Source: Wickerhamiella versatilis (lineage: Eukaryota). Taken from it: a stretch of DNA of 64,000 nucleotides. Under the pieces are notes generated by a model, which saw only the letters and a program-made list of their open reading frames with translations, made no database searches and was not told the origin of the DNA. The stretch lies in the NCBI GenBank assembly GCA_030867685.1, contig JAQOWU010000008.1:1984001-2048000 (forward strand). Direction: 5' to 3'. A program made the position numbers and the translations under genes. This document shows, in pieces, positions 10,784 to 21,195 of this stretch (within the stretch, counting starts at the first letter, position 1; every line of letters starts with the position of its first letter).

Positions 10784-11482
10784 CTAGTAACCGGCGGCAC
10801 CTGGAGCTCTCTCATCACCTTTAAGACTTTCCACCAGGTCTTGAAATCGTTTCTTGTTTGCTGGAGTAATTCCTTCAGCAGGTTTGCCCAATCCAGTAAT
10901 GAGATCACCAACGCGATCCCAAGTTGTTCCCTGACCAGAAATTGCATCGTCGCGCTTTTTTATGAATTCTGAAGCATCTGCTTCGACATCCTTGATAGCT
11001 AGCTCCTTCTTTTGGTTGTAATTCTCGTAAAAATCATCAACAGATTTCCTAGCATTTTCGCGGGTTTCTTCCCGCTTATCGGCGCTGAGCTTGTCACGAC
11101 GCTCAATTTCCAAAGTAGTCTTCTCCTTCCAATCTTTGATGAACTCTGACTCGGAAAGATTAACTGTAGTTGGCACGTAGACTGCAGGTCCTGCTGGCTT
11201 AGAGTCGTCATCGCCTTCAAACATTGGTGCATCAGACTTTTCTTGAGCTGCTTCTGCTGCCACAGCTACTGTCTCATCATTGCCGTTTTCTAGAGGTGGA
11301 TATGCACTCTGGAACCGGACTTCTTCCTCTTCGCTATCCTCTAGAGTCTGACCAGGAGCACCATCAGTGAACTCTTTGGCAGCATCGGCACCTAGCAATT
11401 CACGCTCACGCGAGAGCAGATCTCCATCAGTCTGAGAAGCTTCGAACCCCTCAAGCTCAGGGAACTTGTCCTCAGTAGCCAT
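10784..11482 (-). CDS. CLC1: Clathrin light chain
   Basis: DKFPEL, LSRERELLG, FIKDWKE, ARKSVDDFYENYN, TWDRV and C-terminal APGAAGY. Confidence 0.93.
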   Translation of the reverse strand: MATEDKFPELEGFEASQTDGDLLSRERELLGADAAKEFTDGAPGQTLEDSEEEEVRFQSAYPPLENGNDETVAVAAEAAQEKSDAPMFEGDDDSKPAGPAVYVPTTVNLSESEFIKDWKEKTTLEIERRDKLSADKREETRENARKSVDDFYENYNQKKELAIKDVEADASEFIKKRDDAISGQGTTWDRVGDLITGLGKPAEGITPANKKRFQDLVESLKGDERAPGAAGY

Positions 11483-11538
11483 AACGTATACAGTATGTTA
11501 GGTAATATAGAGATACCAGTAAGCCGAAGCCGCTCTTG

Positions 11539-12582
11539 ATGGCTTTCAACCCGGCCAACCTGAAGAGCAAACTGGCTTCTGTGGTGGAAACACAAGATTC
11601 TATTACTGCCATAGCGCAATATATCATGTTTCACAAAAGACAGGCCACACAAGCAGCGGAGATTTGGGCAGAGTGCATGCCAACGTCAGACCGTAAGCTT
11701 GCACTTGTGTATGTGGCAAACGAAATAGTTCAGCAATCAAAAGCCAGAAGAAAGTCAGAATTCGTAGATGCCTTTGGCATGTATATACCGGATGCCTTGG
11801 CTGTGGCTTATAGAGACTCTCCTCCTCCAGTAAAGGAACGAATTGAACGCACCCTCAAAGTTTGGCGTGATCGCCAAGTATATTCTACGGATTACTTAGA
11901 TTCTTTGGACTTGCAAATTGGAATAGGATCTGCATCCACCTCAATACCACCAGCCTTACAGCCTGTGGTGTCGAGTTGGCAAAAGTTGGAGAAATCGTCA
12001 AGAGTTGCAGCGATAAAGCTTCCTCCTTTCGAGTCTCAAAAAGAAGGCCTAAACGAAGGTTCAGAGCTGGAGAGGCTAGGTAAAGTAACGACCGCGCTTC
12101 ATACTGCTGAGTCTGTAGCCCAAGCAGTCGCCCAGGGAAAGGCGGCCCAAGCAGAATGTTTACAGGCATTGGAAGAATTAAAAGAAAAAGTGGAAACATA
12201 CAGTATTGCACCTTCAGATTTTGAAACGACTTTCTCAAATATTCGTGCACTTAAAAAAGAGATAGAGGGTAATGTCATAGGAGGTACTGAGGATCCCTCA
12301 CCGAAAGTGGAGCCTCTAACGCCGCCCCCTCCTGCGGATGGAGATGATGACGATTATGCACCGCCTGTAGTCTATACAGCTCAAAATGCGGCTCATGGTT
12401 TTGCGGCAGCTAATAGCGCCTCTGTACAAGATGACGAGGAGCCTATCTACGCCGAGTCTAGCGATGATGAGGCTAAAGAGCCTGAGACCGCAGAGCCAGA
12501 TGCAAAAAGTGCCAAGCTTGACCTTGACCCGAAATTAGCTTCGTTCTTGGCAACGATATCAGCGAATAATAATAAATCTTGA
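11539..12582 (+). CDS. RTT103: CTD-interacting-domain protein Rtt103
   Basis: N-terminal CID domain (ETQDSI, KLALVYVANEIVQQSK, VWRDRQVY) and an acidic low-complexity tail. Confidence 0.88.
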   Translation: MAFNPANLKSKLASVVETQDSITAIAQYIMFHKRQATQAAEIWAECMPTSDRKLALVYVANEIVQQSKARRKSEFVDAFGMYIPDALAVAYRDSPPPVKERIERTLKVWRDRQVYSTDYLDSLDLQIGIGSASTSIPPALQPVVSSWQKLEKSSRVAAIKLPPFESQKEGLNEGSELERLGKVTTALHTAESVAQAVAQGKAAQAECLQALEELKEKVETYSIAPSDFETTFSNIRALKKEIEGNVIGGTEDPSPKVEPLTPPPPADGDDDDYAPPVVYTAQNAAHGFAAANSASVQDDEEPIYAESSDDEAKEPETAEPDAKSAKLDLDPKLASFLATISANNNKS

Positions 12583-12662
12583 TGCTTTGCTCTCAAAAAA
12601 ATGCTGGTGCAGGAAGGTTCACGATAATATTGCCATACTTAAGTGACTATAATAAATAGGTT

Positions 12663-15083
12663 CTAAAATGCTAATTGCGTGTTGCAGCTTGAGGCAAAGT
12701 AATTTTCGTACTCCTCACTGCCTTGAGAAACTTCACAATCCCACCAAAATGGTTCTCCCGTATATTCCTGAATACAAGGCGGAGACTCTTTTAAATCGTA
12801 TTCATTAGGGTTCATCATAATATCACAACTTAGATACTCGTCATAAACCAAGTGGAGTGAGTCCGTGATCGGGGCGACTTGCACAGTGGGTGTCTCTTGC
12901 GATGTACTATCCTGTCCTGTTGTTTTCACAGCATGTCTACGTGTGTGTCGCGCATTAGAACCATATACTGCAAAAGGTGAATGAATTCCATCTCTATGAT
13001 ATGTATAGCGATCTGTGGAGTTCATTTTCATAAGAAAATTGTCCGCAATTGTGGTCAAGCCCTTAGGTCGATACATTCTTGCCCAATGGTGTTCAAATTC
13101 TAGTTGCATCGCTGGTAGTGCATCATTCTCATCATCTAAGTGCTCTTCCAAGTCGATTCGATCACTGAACCCCTGCAGATTACGAGGAGTATACCAAAAT
13201 CGATAACTTCTTCGTGGAAATTCCAATGCAAGCGCAGATGTATTGTGTAGATACCAATCAGTAGCCAGTTCCCAAAGATTGGCACGATTCTCGCTATACT
13301 GGTAGTTTCCCAGAAAGACGTTTATGGCATTTTGCCTATGTGCATCAACGAAACTGTTAGAATAGAATCGTCGAATAGACTCGATAACGTCGCGAGAGTG
13401 TGACGACCACTGATTTATCTTCCGGTAAGTTTCCACAGTATTGACAAGATTAGAGCCACCATACTGTAGAGCTAGTGTATCTCCATGATCGTGGTACATC
13501 TCAGTCAAAAGGTTCATGACATCGGTATCATACTCAACTTTAGGTTTCTCAATAATCCCCATTATCTCAAGCTGTTGTCCTAACGCATGTTTAGCGATTA
13601 CTGATTGCGCTGCGTTAGTTCTATCCACGCAATCAACGCAATTGGTCCTACAGACCCCTTCTTGTAATTTCACATTCTCCAGAGACCCGTTGCAGAATAT
13701 TCCTGTCTTTTGAACCAAGTTTTTGGCATATCGTTCTAGATAATCCATGACTTCAGAAGAAACTCCTTTAGCGGCATTGCTCATATCCCAAGCTGTGTAT
13801 TCTATTCTTGACTTTTCAGGCAGAAATTGGTTGAGGTAAGCTATACAATTTTCAAACTCATGAGCGAGAATGCTCTCACGGGGTGTACGCTCTTTCAATT
13901 TCACAAGATTCAAAACATGAATTGGTGCGCCATATCTGAAAAACAAGCGGTCAAAATGGCGAGCAGCTGCACTGTAATAAGGGTCTACAGCATCCAGTCT
14001 GATCGGGGGCTTCGGGCTGATATTTGTTGATACTTGCGACCAAGAAAGACATATTGAGCCTCTATGCTGCACGTAGCTAGTATATCTTGGTGAATTAAAT
14101 AGTCCTTCTCGATGGTCATGAAAACTTGAGCTCAATTGGTTCGAGACAATCTGCTCGCTTTCGACTTCATTTGCAACGTAGCCCTCATTATTAGTCCCAC
14201 GTTTGAAAAATCTAGCACCGGCAAATCTGTGGGACCTTCTTGCAATGAGGGTGATATATACGGAGTTCCCGAAAACCGATATTCGTGCTTGGTCAATAAA
14301 TCCATGCACTAGAGCCTGACACCACTCCATCGTAGCATTGAATCGCTGAAGAAGCGGTAGGAGTAAGTGCTGGTTCCAGATAAACATTTTTTCGCGATGT
14401 CCAGGCTGGTTTGGTGTCAGCTTCACACGCACTAAGTTCGTTTGTAGAGTGTTGGTAAGATCATATGATGGAGAAAAGTAAAACGTCTTTGACAGATCCA
14501 ACTGTTGAAATATACTCAGTAGTCGTGCCTCAGATGACTTTCTGTCTGGTGGCTTATAAGAGTGGGCCAAAGGCACAAGCTTTGTCTCATCGACATGATA
14601 AATGTAATGGCCACCTAGCAAGGCTACCACGGAACATTTAGTAACCAAGCACAAATAGTATGGACCGGTAAAGCGAGCTAATCCAAGAAGAGCCCATCCA
14701 GTTATGTGTTTTATCAGCCAGCTTTCCTCACCATCCTCGTTCTCAATGGCTCCAAGAAAGTCAATTACTTCAGCCCTACTCATATATTCAGCCGCACTCT
14801 GATGCTCTTTGATGGTAATATCTTCTTCTTTTACATTCAATACGAGCACACGAAAACGTGTTTCGCGTGCATTTGATCCTAATATGTAAAAATTATTAGG
14901 AGATTCGTATAGTGTGAACTTCGAAAGCAAAACAGATGGTGAATCCTCGTGAGGTTTCTCTGGCCCTTCATCACTACAGTCTTCCTGTGAAGGGGCTTTT
15001 GCCTTCAATTTATCTTGTTCGTCCTTGGAATTCACTTCCGATGCAGTAAACTCGTCCATCTCATCAGTCTGATTAAGCGTCAT
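12663..15083 (-). CDS. FIG4: SAC-domain PI(3,5)P2 phosphatase Fig4
   Basis: RRSHRFAGARFFKRG, GYVANEVESEQIV, RTNCVDCVDRTNAAQ and HGDTLALQYGGS. First ATG at 15083, alternative at 15059; the track's 15137 start is a TTG. Confidence 0.93.
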   Translation of the reverse strand: MTLNQTDEMDEFTASEVNSKDEQDKLKAKAPSQEDCSDEGPEKPHEDSPSVLLSKFTLYESPNNFYILGSNARETRFRVLVLNVKEEDITIKEHQSAAEYMSRAEVIDFLGAIENEDGEESWLIKHITGWALLGLARFTGPYYLCLVTKCSVVALLGGHYIYHVDETKLVPLAHSYKPPDRKSSEARLLSIFQQLDLSKTFYFSPSYDLTNTLQTNLVRVKLTPNQPGHREKMFIWNQHLLLPLLQRFNATMEWCQALVHGFIDQARISVFGNSVYITLIARRSHRFAGARFFKRGTNNEGYVANEVESEQIVSNQLSSSFHDHREGLFNSPRYTSYVQHRGSICLSWSQVSTNISPKPPIRLDAVDPYYSAAARHFDRLFFRYGAPIHVLNLVKLKERTPRESILAHEFENCIAYLNQFLPEKSRIEYTAWDMSNAAKGVSSEVMDYLERYAKNLVQKTGIFCNGSLENVKLQEGVCRTNCVDCVDRTNAAQSVIAKHALGQQLEIMGIIEKPKVEYDTDVMNLLTEMYHDHGDTLALQYGGSNLVNTVETYRKINQWSSHSRDVIESIRRFYSNSFVDAHRQNAINVFLGNYQYSENRANLWELATDWYLHNTSALALEFPRRSYRFWYTPRNLQGFSDRIDLEEHLDDENDALPAMQLEFEHHWARMYRPKGLTTIADNFLMKMNSTDRYTYHRDGIHSPFAVYGSNARHTRRHAVKTTGQDSTSQETPTVQVAPITDSLHLVYDEYLSCDIMMNPNEYDLKESPPCIQEYTGEPFWWDCEVSQGSEEYENYFASSCNTQLAF

Positions 15084-16197
15084 GTTACCGGGCCTATTGA
15101 CAGCAATCTGCTGGTGTACGTTGACGTTGGCAGACAACTTTCAAGATACCAGTACAAATAATGCCACTCAGCATCCGCCTTTACGAGAATCCACGCATAC
15201 AAATAACTGGGCAGTACTGGTTTCCACATCCAGATTCTGGTTTAATTATCGACACATGGCAAATGTTTTAAGCTTCTACAGGACGGTTAAAAGGCTGGGT
15301 ATCCCGGATGATCAGATAATTATGATGTTAAGTGATGATGTGGCTTGCAATCCGCGTAATTCCTTTCCAGGCTCCGTATTCAACAGGCATGAACACAACC
15401 TCGATCTATATGGTGATAACATAGAAGTTGATTTTAGGGGCTACGAGGTGACGGTGGAGAATTTTGTACGTCTTCTCACAGATCGTTGGGATGAGGATAT
15501 GCCTAAGTCCAAGCGGCTAGATACGGATTCCAACTCGAATATATTGGTCTATTTGACTGGGCATGGGGGTGATGACTTTTTGAAGTTTCAAGATGCCGAG
15601 GAGATACAAGCTTGGGATATTGCAGATGCTTTCGGCCAAATGTGGGAGAAGCGGCGTTACAACGAAATATTATTCATGATAGATACCTGCGAAGCCAACA
15701 CCATGCATTCAAAGATATTTTCGCCTAACATAATTGCGGTCGGCTCTTCTCAAATTCATGAATCGTCTTATGCGAATGATACGGATCCAGAAATTGGCGT
15801 GGCTCTCATTGATAGGTTCACATCGTACAATTTGGACTACCTAGAGACGCATGTGGATAAGGCAAGTAATCTTACCCTCGCCGACCTCTTTGGATCATAC
15901 GATGTGGGAACAATCGCATCTCATCCAGGAATCCGCACTGATTTATTTCCAGATGATTTAAGTACTGTTCGTATCACCGATTTCTTCGGAAATGTGCCGG
16001 CCATTCAAGTGGATGGAGGAGTCAACGAGTTCAAAAATGATCGGGTAGCACACTGGAATAAAATGAAGCAATGGAATGCTGTGGAGAATGATATTCCTCA
16101 GATTGTTGAAGATAAAAAGCATGTGCCATCCTCGACCTTGGCAAGCTTGGTTGGCGTTGTTTTCATTTTAATCTTTATTTTGGGTTCTCATTTCTAG
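15082..16197 (+). CDS. GPI8: GPI transamidase catalytic subunit
   Basis: Signal peptide, HTNNWAVLVSTSRFWFNYRH, TGHGG, IDTC and a C-terminal TM helix. Confidence 0.97.
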   Translation: MLPGLLTAICWCTLTLADNFQDTSTNNATQHPPLRESTHTNNWAVLVSTSRFWFNYRHMANVLSFYRTVKRLGIPDDQIIMMLSDDVACNPRNSFPGSVFNRHEHNLDLYGDNIEVDFRGYEVTVENFVRLLTDRWDEDMPKSKRLDTDSNSNILVYLTGHGGDDFLKFQDAEEIQAWDIADAFGQMWEKRRYNEILFMIDTCEANTMHSKIFSPNIIAVGSSQIHESSYANDTDPEIGVALIDRFTSYNLDYLETHVDKASNLTLADLFGSYDVGTIASHPGIRTDLFPDDLSTVRITDFFGNVPAIQVDGGVNEFKNDRVAHWNKMKQWNAVENDIPQIVEDKKHVPSSTLASLVGVVFILIFILGSHF

Positions 16198-16242
16198 TAA
16201 TACACTCTCAAATTTAATGTGCATAGAATATAGTCAATAGGC

Positions 16243-17013
16243 CTATTCCTCTAAACCTTTCGTGATTGATCCTTGGCGGGCACGGTCCTCCGCAATTTCT
16301 TTCTGGGATTCAACTGTACGAAGGTCACCAACGATATCTCTGGTCTTACCAAAGTAAACTTCATTTAATAAATTGCGTAGTTTCGATTCAAGCTCCTCGA
16401 CCAACTGACCAATGTTCGCAACATGATCGACAGACTCACCAACAGGAAGAGTCTTTTCCAGCTGTCTGGTCAAAGAACCACTGAGGTCAAGCCCATTATT
16501 TTCCAGCTCCAGAATAATTGTCGATGTCAAACGGTACGTAGCACGTTTACCAACCGGCTCGACTTCAAAAACATGTATGGAATTCCACACGCTTTTTCCC
16601 ACAGTCTTCCTAATTAATACAACCCCAGCAAAACCATCATCTTGTTCCCAGAGGTACACACTGGAAAGACCACCTTCAAAATAGAGCTCCCGGTAAGTAT
16701 CGAATGCATCATTTGCTGTAATTTCCAGTTTCCTAAGCTCATCAGAGGGAACAATTGCATCAGGGACATGTGGAGTAAATTCGTTTGAATGAGGGCTCCT
16801 GAAACTGTCACCGTCGCGATTATAGTCACAACAGAGGAAGGGCTTACTTGATGAAGGACATGTCTTTACCTTCAACGGCTGGTCCACAGTTGATAGAAGA
16901 TCTTCTGCAATGCCTGGACTTTGTTTGCACAACTTGTTTAGGTTTAATTCCACGTGGCGAGGATCTAATCGCCGAAGAAGGTCCAAGGCCGAATCGAATT
17001 CGGCGTCCGACAT
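16243..17013 (-). CDS. CAP2: F-actin capping protein beta subunit
   Basis: ALDLLRRLDP, CDYNRDGDSFRSP, YFEGGLSSVYLW and LSGSLTRQ. Confidence 0.96.
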   Translation of the reverse strand: MSDAEFDSALDLLRRLDPRHVELNLNKLCKQSPGIAEDLLSTVDQPLKVKTCPSSSKPFLCCDYNRDGDSFRSPHSNEFTPHVPDAIVPSDELRKLEITANDAFDTYRELYFEGGLSSVYLWEQDDGFAGVVLIRKTVGKSVWNSIHVFEVEPVGKRATYRLTSTIILELENNGLDLSGSLTRQLEKTLPVGESVDHVANIGQLVEELESKLRNLLNEVYFGKTRDIVGDLRTVESQKEIAEDRARQGSITKGLEE

Positions 17014-17373
17014 GAGGATTAGTCAACGGCGGACGAATTGAGTGGGCACTATCGCTGTACCTTGATATAATTGAAAGCAAAAAAAGATTTGTTTGGCCTC
17101 AATTCTATATATATGTATATGTACATGAACTAGTGTCTTAATTTAAAGTTCAGTTCAGTCTACTCGATTTGTATCACTATTTTCTAGTCCCCCTCTATTC
17201 AGCCTCAGGCACGTCTACACACGGTAACATGGGCCGCAATTTACCAGGGCATATCCAGTTGCCTTTATGCATACTATTCTACTGGATGGTTAGTATACCA
17301 CACAACCCCAGAATGTTAGCTGGAAACCAAAACCTAATTAGGCTTTGAAGATCTAACGTAACATAACGAAGGT

Positions 17374-20300
17374 ATGCTTTGGGAACTGGTGGCATTTCAA
17401 GTGGCGGTTGGTGCTTCGTCAAGTACGCTTGAAAAACCGCTCAAATGCTCACTGTATGGAGATTGCGGTAAGCGAACATTATTTGGTGCCGACCTGCCTT
17501 GCCCCAACGTCACGGACCCACAACCGCTTGTACCAGGTTCCGACGCAATTAATACACTTCGGGACCTCTGTGGTTCTGAGCTAGCGGACTCGGCTGTTTG
17601 CTGTACTCCCTCGCAGGTAGAACAATTAGCATCCAACTTGAAAAGAGTTGAGCCTATGATTGGGGCCTGTCCAGCATGTCAACGTAATTTCCATGACTTA
17701 TTTTGCCATTTCACTTGTTCACCACATCAAGGAGAGTTTGTTAACGTTACAGAAATAGGAAAGTCAATGGATGGCAAAGATGTTGTGACTGAACTAAATT
17801 TTGGTGTTGACGCGATGTTCTCATCGTCTTTCTACGATTCCTGCAAAGATGTCCAGTTTGGAGCTACAAATGGCAAAGCTATGGATCTCATAGGTGGTGG
17901 AGCCAAGAACTATACTGAATTCTTGAAGTTTTTAGGTGACGAAAAGCCTCTTCTTGGAGGTTCACCTTTCCAAATGAATTTTGTCTCGGGTGGTCTGAAT
18001 ATTAGCGCCAAGAATTGTGGGGAAGGCGAATTTCGATGTGCATGCGTAGATTGTGCCGACGCTTGTCCGAAACCTGTCGAAAGACCTCCGCCCTCACGCC
18101 ACGCCGGGCTAATCTCCATCAGTCTATTATCAGGATACTTGTTCTGCGTAGCTGTGGCGGTAATCGCTTGGAGAAGGGTGAGAAATACTAAGAAACGTAC
18201 AGCGTTATTCCTTGAGCGGAGAAGGCTCATTCATGACGAGGACGCGGATGATGACCCTTTTGCAACCCCATCGTCACCATCATTGCAGCCTTATTCAGTA
18301 AACCAGAAAGTACAGGCTGGAGTAACAAAACTAGCCTCTTTCGGAACTCGTTTTCCCTGGACATGTGTTGTGCTTTGTTCTCTGTTGGCAATGATATGTT
18401 CTTTAGGTCTTTTTTATGCTCAACTTGAGACTGACGTAGAGGCTCTGTGGGTCGCTCCCAATGCACGAGAGGCAATAGAACGCCATTTTTTCGATGAGAA
18501 GTTTGGACCTTTCTATCGGACTGAGCAATTGATTATAACCAACCAAACTGGAGGTCCGGTTGTTTCGAGAGAGACGTTAGAATGGTTGAAAGAAATCGAA
18601 TACACTGTCTCTCAACTTCAAACAACAATTCTTTCTGACAGTTTAGACACATTCTGTTTCAAGCCCATAAACGATGCTTGTGTTGTCGAATCCGCAACAC
18701 AGTGGTTCTATAGACACCGCATTGGAGACGACTGGGAAAGTCGTATTAAAGACTGTGCAGACAGTCCTGTCAAATGTCTTCCCCCATTCCAGCAGCCTGT
18801 GGACCCAAATATAGTTTTGGGTGGCAGTGAAAATGGTATTATTGACAGCAAGGCCCTTGTCACTACGTGGGTGATCCGAAATGAAGCCGAAAAGGGATTT
18901 CAGACCAGAGTTGAAATGTGGGAGTTCCAGCTACAATCACTCTTTGAAAGACTTTCAAGGGAAGCCGAAAATGCTGGGCTTAGGCTGAGCTTCAACACCG
19001 AAAGTTCGTTAGCGCGAGAGTTAACTAGGTCCGCCCATGCCGACATAGGAATAATTGCCTTGTCATATGCATTGATGTTCATCTACGTGAGCGTTGGATT
19101 AGGAGGAAGTAAAAGGAGCCGATTTGGCTTGGGTTTACTTGGAGTTTTGGTTGTTCTCTTGAGCGTTTTTGCAGCAATAGGAGCATGTTCCCTGGCGGGA
19201 GTGAAAATGACATTGGTGATTACCGAAGTTATTCCATTCTTGGCACTAGCTATTGGAGTAGATAATGTTTTTCTCCTTGTACACCAGCTTGATTTAATTA
19301 CTGAGTTTGCGCCACATCTTGCCGTAGAGGATCGTGTTTTGAAGGCTCTGGAGGCAATTGGGCCTTCAATATGTCTAGCAACAGCTTGTGAGTTCTCTAC
19401 CTTGGCTTTGGGAACAGCTGTTGGAATGCCTGCGGTGCGCAATTTTGCTATTTTTGCAGCACTTGCCGTACTCTTCAATTCGATCTTACAGTTAACCTTG
19501 TTCGTTGCAACAATCACGATTGTACTCAACTACCAGGAAAGTGGTTCGCAGGCTATTGAATCCGACCGTGACCAATCAGTCGTGTCAAACTCCGTGAATG
19601 CAAACTCCGTAGAAGTGCAGCATGATCCTAGAAGATTCTCTCAAATGTTCACGACCAAATATACCCCCTTTCTATTAGGAAAAAATGTGAAAAAATGTGT
19701 TGCTGCAATATTCATGGTTTGGCTTGCTATAAGCTTAACACTACTTCCTAATCTCGAACTGGGGCTCGACCAACGTCTTGCTGTTCCACAGGATTCCTTC
19801 CTTGTGAACTACTTCACCGATGTTCAACAATGGCTTGGTATCGGTCCACCCGTATATTTTGTCGTGGATTCACCGAACGCGGAAGAAAGGGAATCACAGC
19901 TAAAGTTATGTGGTCGCTTCGTTGCATGCCACTTAGATTCTATTCCAAATCTGTTAGAACAGGAACGCAAACAGCCAAATACATCTTTTCTGGCGGCACC
20001 GGCTGCTTCATGGATTGATGATTTTTTCCAGTGGACCAACCCTACGTTCGATTCCTGCTGTCGTGAGAATTCAGCTGGGCTTCCATGTACTCGAGGTCGG
20101 GATTGCAAAACATGCTATGCTGATAGGGATTGGAACGCTGCTAGCATGGAAGGCCTACCTGCTAATACCAATTTCACCCACTATTTGTCACAATGGCTTG
20201 AAGCTCCTAGTGATAGTTGTCCTTTGGCTGGAAAAGCACCATACAGCAATGCTGTTGCCCGTTCTAGCCATGGAAAAGTTGTCGCAGCCCATTGGCGCAC

Positions 20301-21009
20301 TGCACACACACCATTGAGATCTCAGCGTGACTATATTGATGCGTATGCTGCTGCACGAGCCGTAGCATCTGAAATGTCTAATAAGACCGGACTGCGTGTA
20401 TTTCCGTATTCTGTCTTTTACGAATTTTTTGCACAATACGCTACAATCGTACCTTTGTCAATTGGCTTAGTCTTTGCTGCGCTTTCCATTGTTTTTGTAT
20501 TGTCTGCCTTTCTTCTAGGGTCTTTTAAAACAGCGGCAGTTGTTACCCTGACCGTTACAATGTGTACTGTAAATATTGCTGGTACCATGGTGGTATTCAA
20601 TGTATCACTCAACGCATTGTCTCTTGTCAATTTGGTCATTTGCGTGGGCTTGGGAGTAGAATTCTGCATTCACATAGCTCGCTCATACACATTCGTCCCG
20701 AAACTGTCACTACTTGGTATACGCGGCGTTACCAGGGCGGATCGAGCTTATAATTCCCTTGCTGGTACAGGTGGCTCTATTTTCAGTGGAATTGCTGTCA
20801 CTAAACTTATTGGGGTTGCTGTGCTGGGATTAGCACAATCTAAAATATTTGAGGTTTATTATTTCAGAATGTGGCTCTCACTTGTCTTCGCAGCCACCTT
20901 GCATTCGCTCGTACTACTTCCTGTGATGCTTTCTTGTTTTGGTGGATCTGCTTGGCTTGTTGAAGATGAGAATTTGGAAGGATTAGGAGGTGGGCTTGAG
21001 GAACTTTAG
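17374..21009 (+). CDS. NCR1: Niemann-Pick C1-like sterol transporter
   Basis: Cys-rich NPC1 N-terminal domain, FGPFYRTEQ, sterol-sensing domain (EVIPFLALAIGVDN) and VEFCIHIAR. Confidence 0.95.
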   Translation: MLWELVAFQVAVGASSSTLEKPLKCSLYGDCGKRTLFGADLPCPNVTDPQPLVPGSDAINTLRDLCGSELADSAVCCTPSQVEQLASNLKRVEPMIGACPACQRNFHDLFCHFTCSPHQGEFVNVTEIGKSMDGKDVVTELNFGVDAMFSSSFYDSCKDVQFGATNGKAMDLIGGGAKNYTEFLKFLGDEKPLLGGSPFQMNFVSGGLNISAKNCGEGEFRCACVDCADACPKPVERPPPSRHAGLISISLLSGYLFCVAVAVIAWRRVRNTKKRTALFLERRRLIHDEDADDDPFATPSSPSLQPYSVNQKVQAGVTKLASFGTRFPWTCVVLCSLLAMICSLGLFYAQLETDVEALWVAPNAREAIERHFFDEKFGPFYRTEQLIITNQTGGPVVSRETLEWLKEIEYTVSQLQTTILSDSLDTFCFKPINDACVVESATQWFYRHRIGDDWESRIKDCADSPVKCLPPFQQPVDPNIVLGGSENGIIDSKALVTTWVIRNEAEKGFQTRVEMWEFQLQSLFERLSREAENAGLRLSFNTESSLARELTRSAHADIGIIALSYALMFIYVSVGLGGSKRSRFGLGLLGVLVVLLSVFAAIGACSLAGVKMTLVITEVIPFLALAIGVDNVFLLVHQLDLITEFAPHLAVEDRVLKALEAIGPSICLATACEFSTLALGTAVGMPAVRNFAIFAALAVLFNSILQLTLFVATITIVLNYQESGSQAIESDRDQSVVSNSVNANSVEVQHDPRRFSQMFTTKYTPFLLGKNVKKCVAAIFMVWLAISLTLLPNLELGLDQRLAVPQDSFLVNYFTDVQQWLGIGPPVYFVVDSPNAEERESQLKLCGRFVACHLDSIPNLLEQERKQPNTSFLAAPAASWIDDFFQWTNPTFDSCCRENSAGLPCTRGRDCKTCYADRDWNAASMEGLPANTNFTHYLSQWLEAPSDSCPLAGKAPYSNAVARSSHGKVVAAHWRTAHTPLRSQRDYIDAYAAARAVASEMSNKTGLRVFPYSVFYEFFAQYATIVPLSIGLVFAALSIVFVLSAFLLGSFKTAAVVTLTVTMCTVNIAGTMVVFNVSLNALSLVNLVICVGLGVEFCIHIARSYTFVPKLSLLGIRGVTRADRAYNSLAGTGGSIFSGIAVTKLIGVAVLGLAQSKIFEVYYFRMWLSLVFAATLHSLVLLPVMLSCFGGSAWLVEDENLEGLGGGLEEL

Positions 21010-21195
21010 CCTCAAATACCACACACCCACCTAAAACAACCTTTCTGCTGGACAGTATAGGTATTAAGTGTAAATTTTCTTGCAAATAAAAAATTGCGAT
21101 ATAACTTTGAATGTTATTCATTTATTTATTTATTTATTTGTGATTTCTGATCGTTAAACACACGCAAGCTTGGGTCGACATCCAAGGGTAGGGGT

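Noticed and set aside
17252-17306. ATCCAGT...ACTGGAT hairpin followed by ACA (possible H/ACA snoRNA)
   Set aside because: A single short stem is insufficient without a covariance search.
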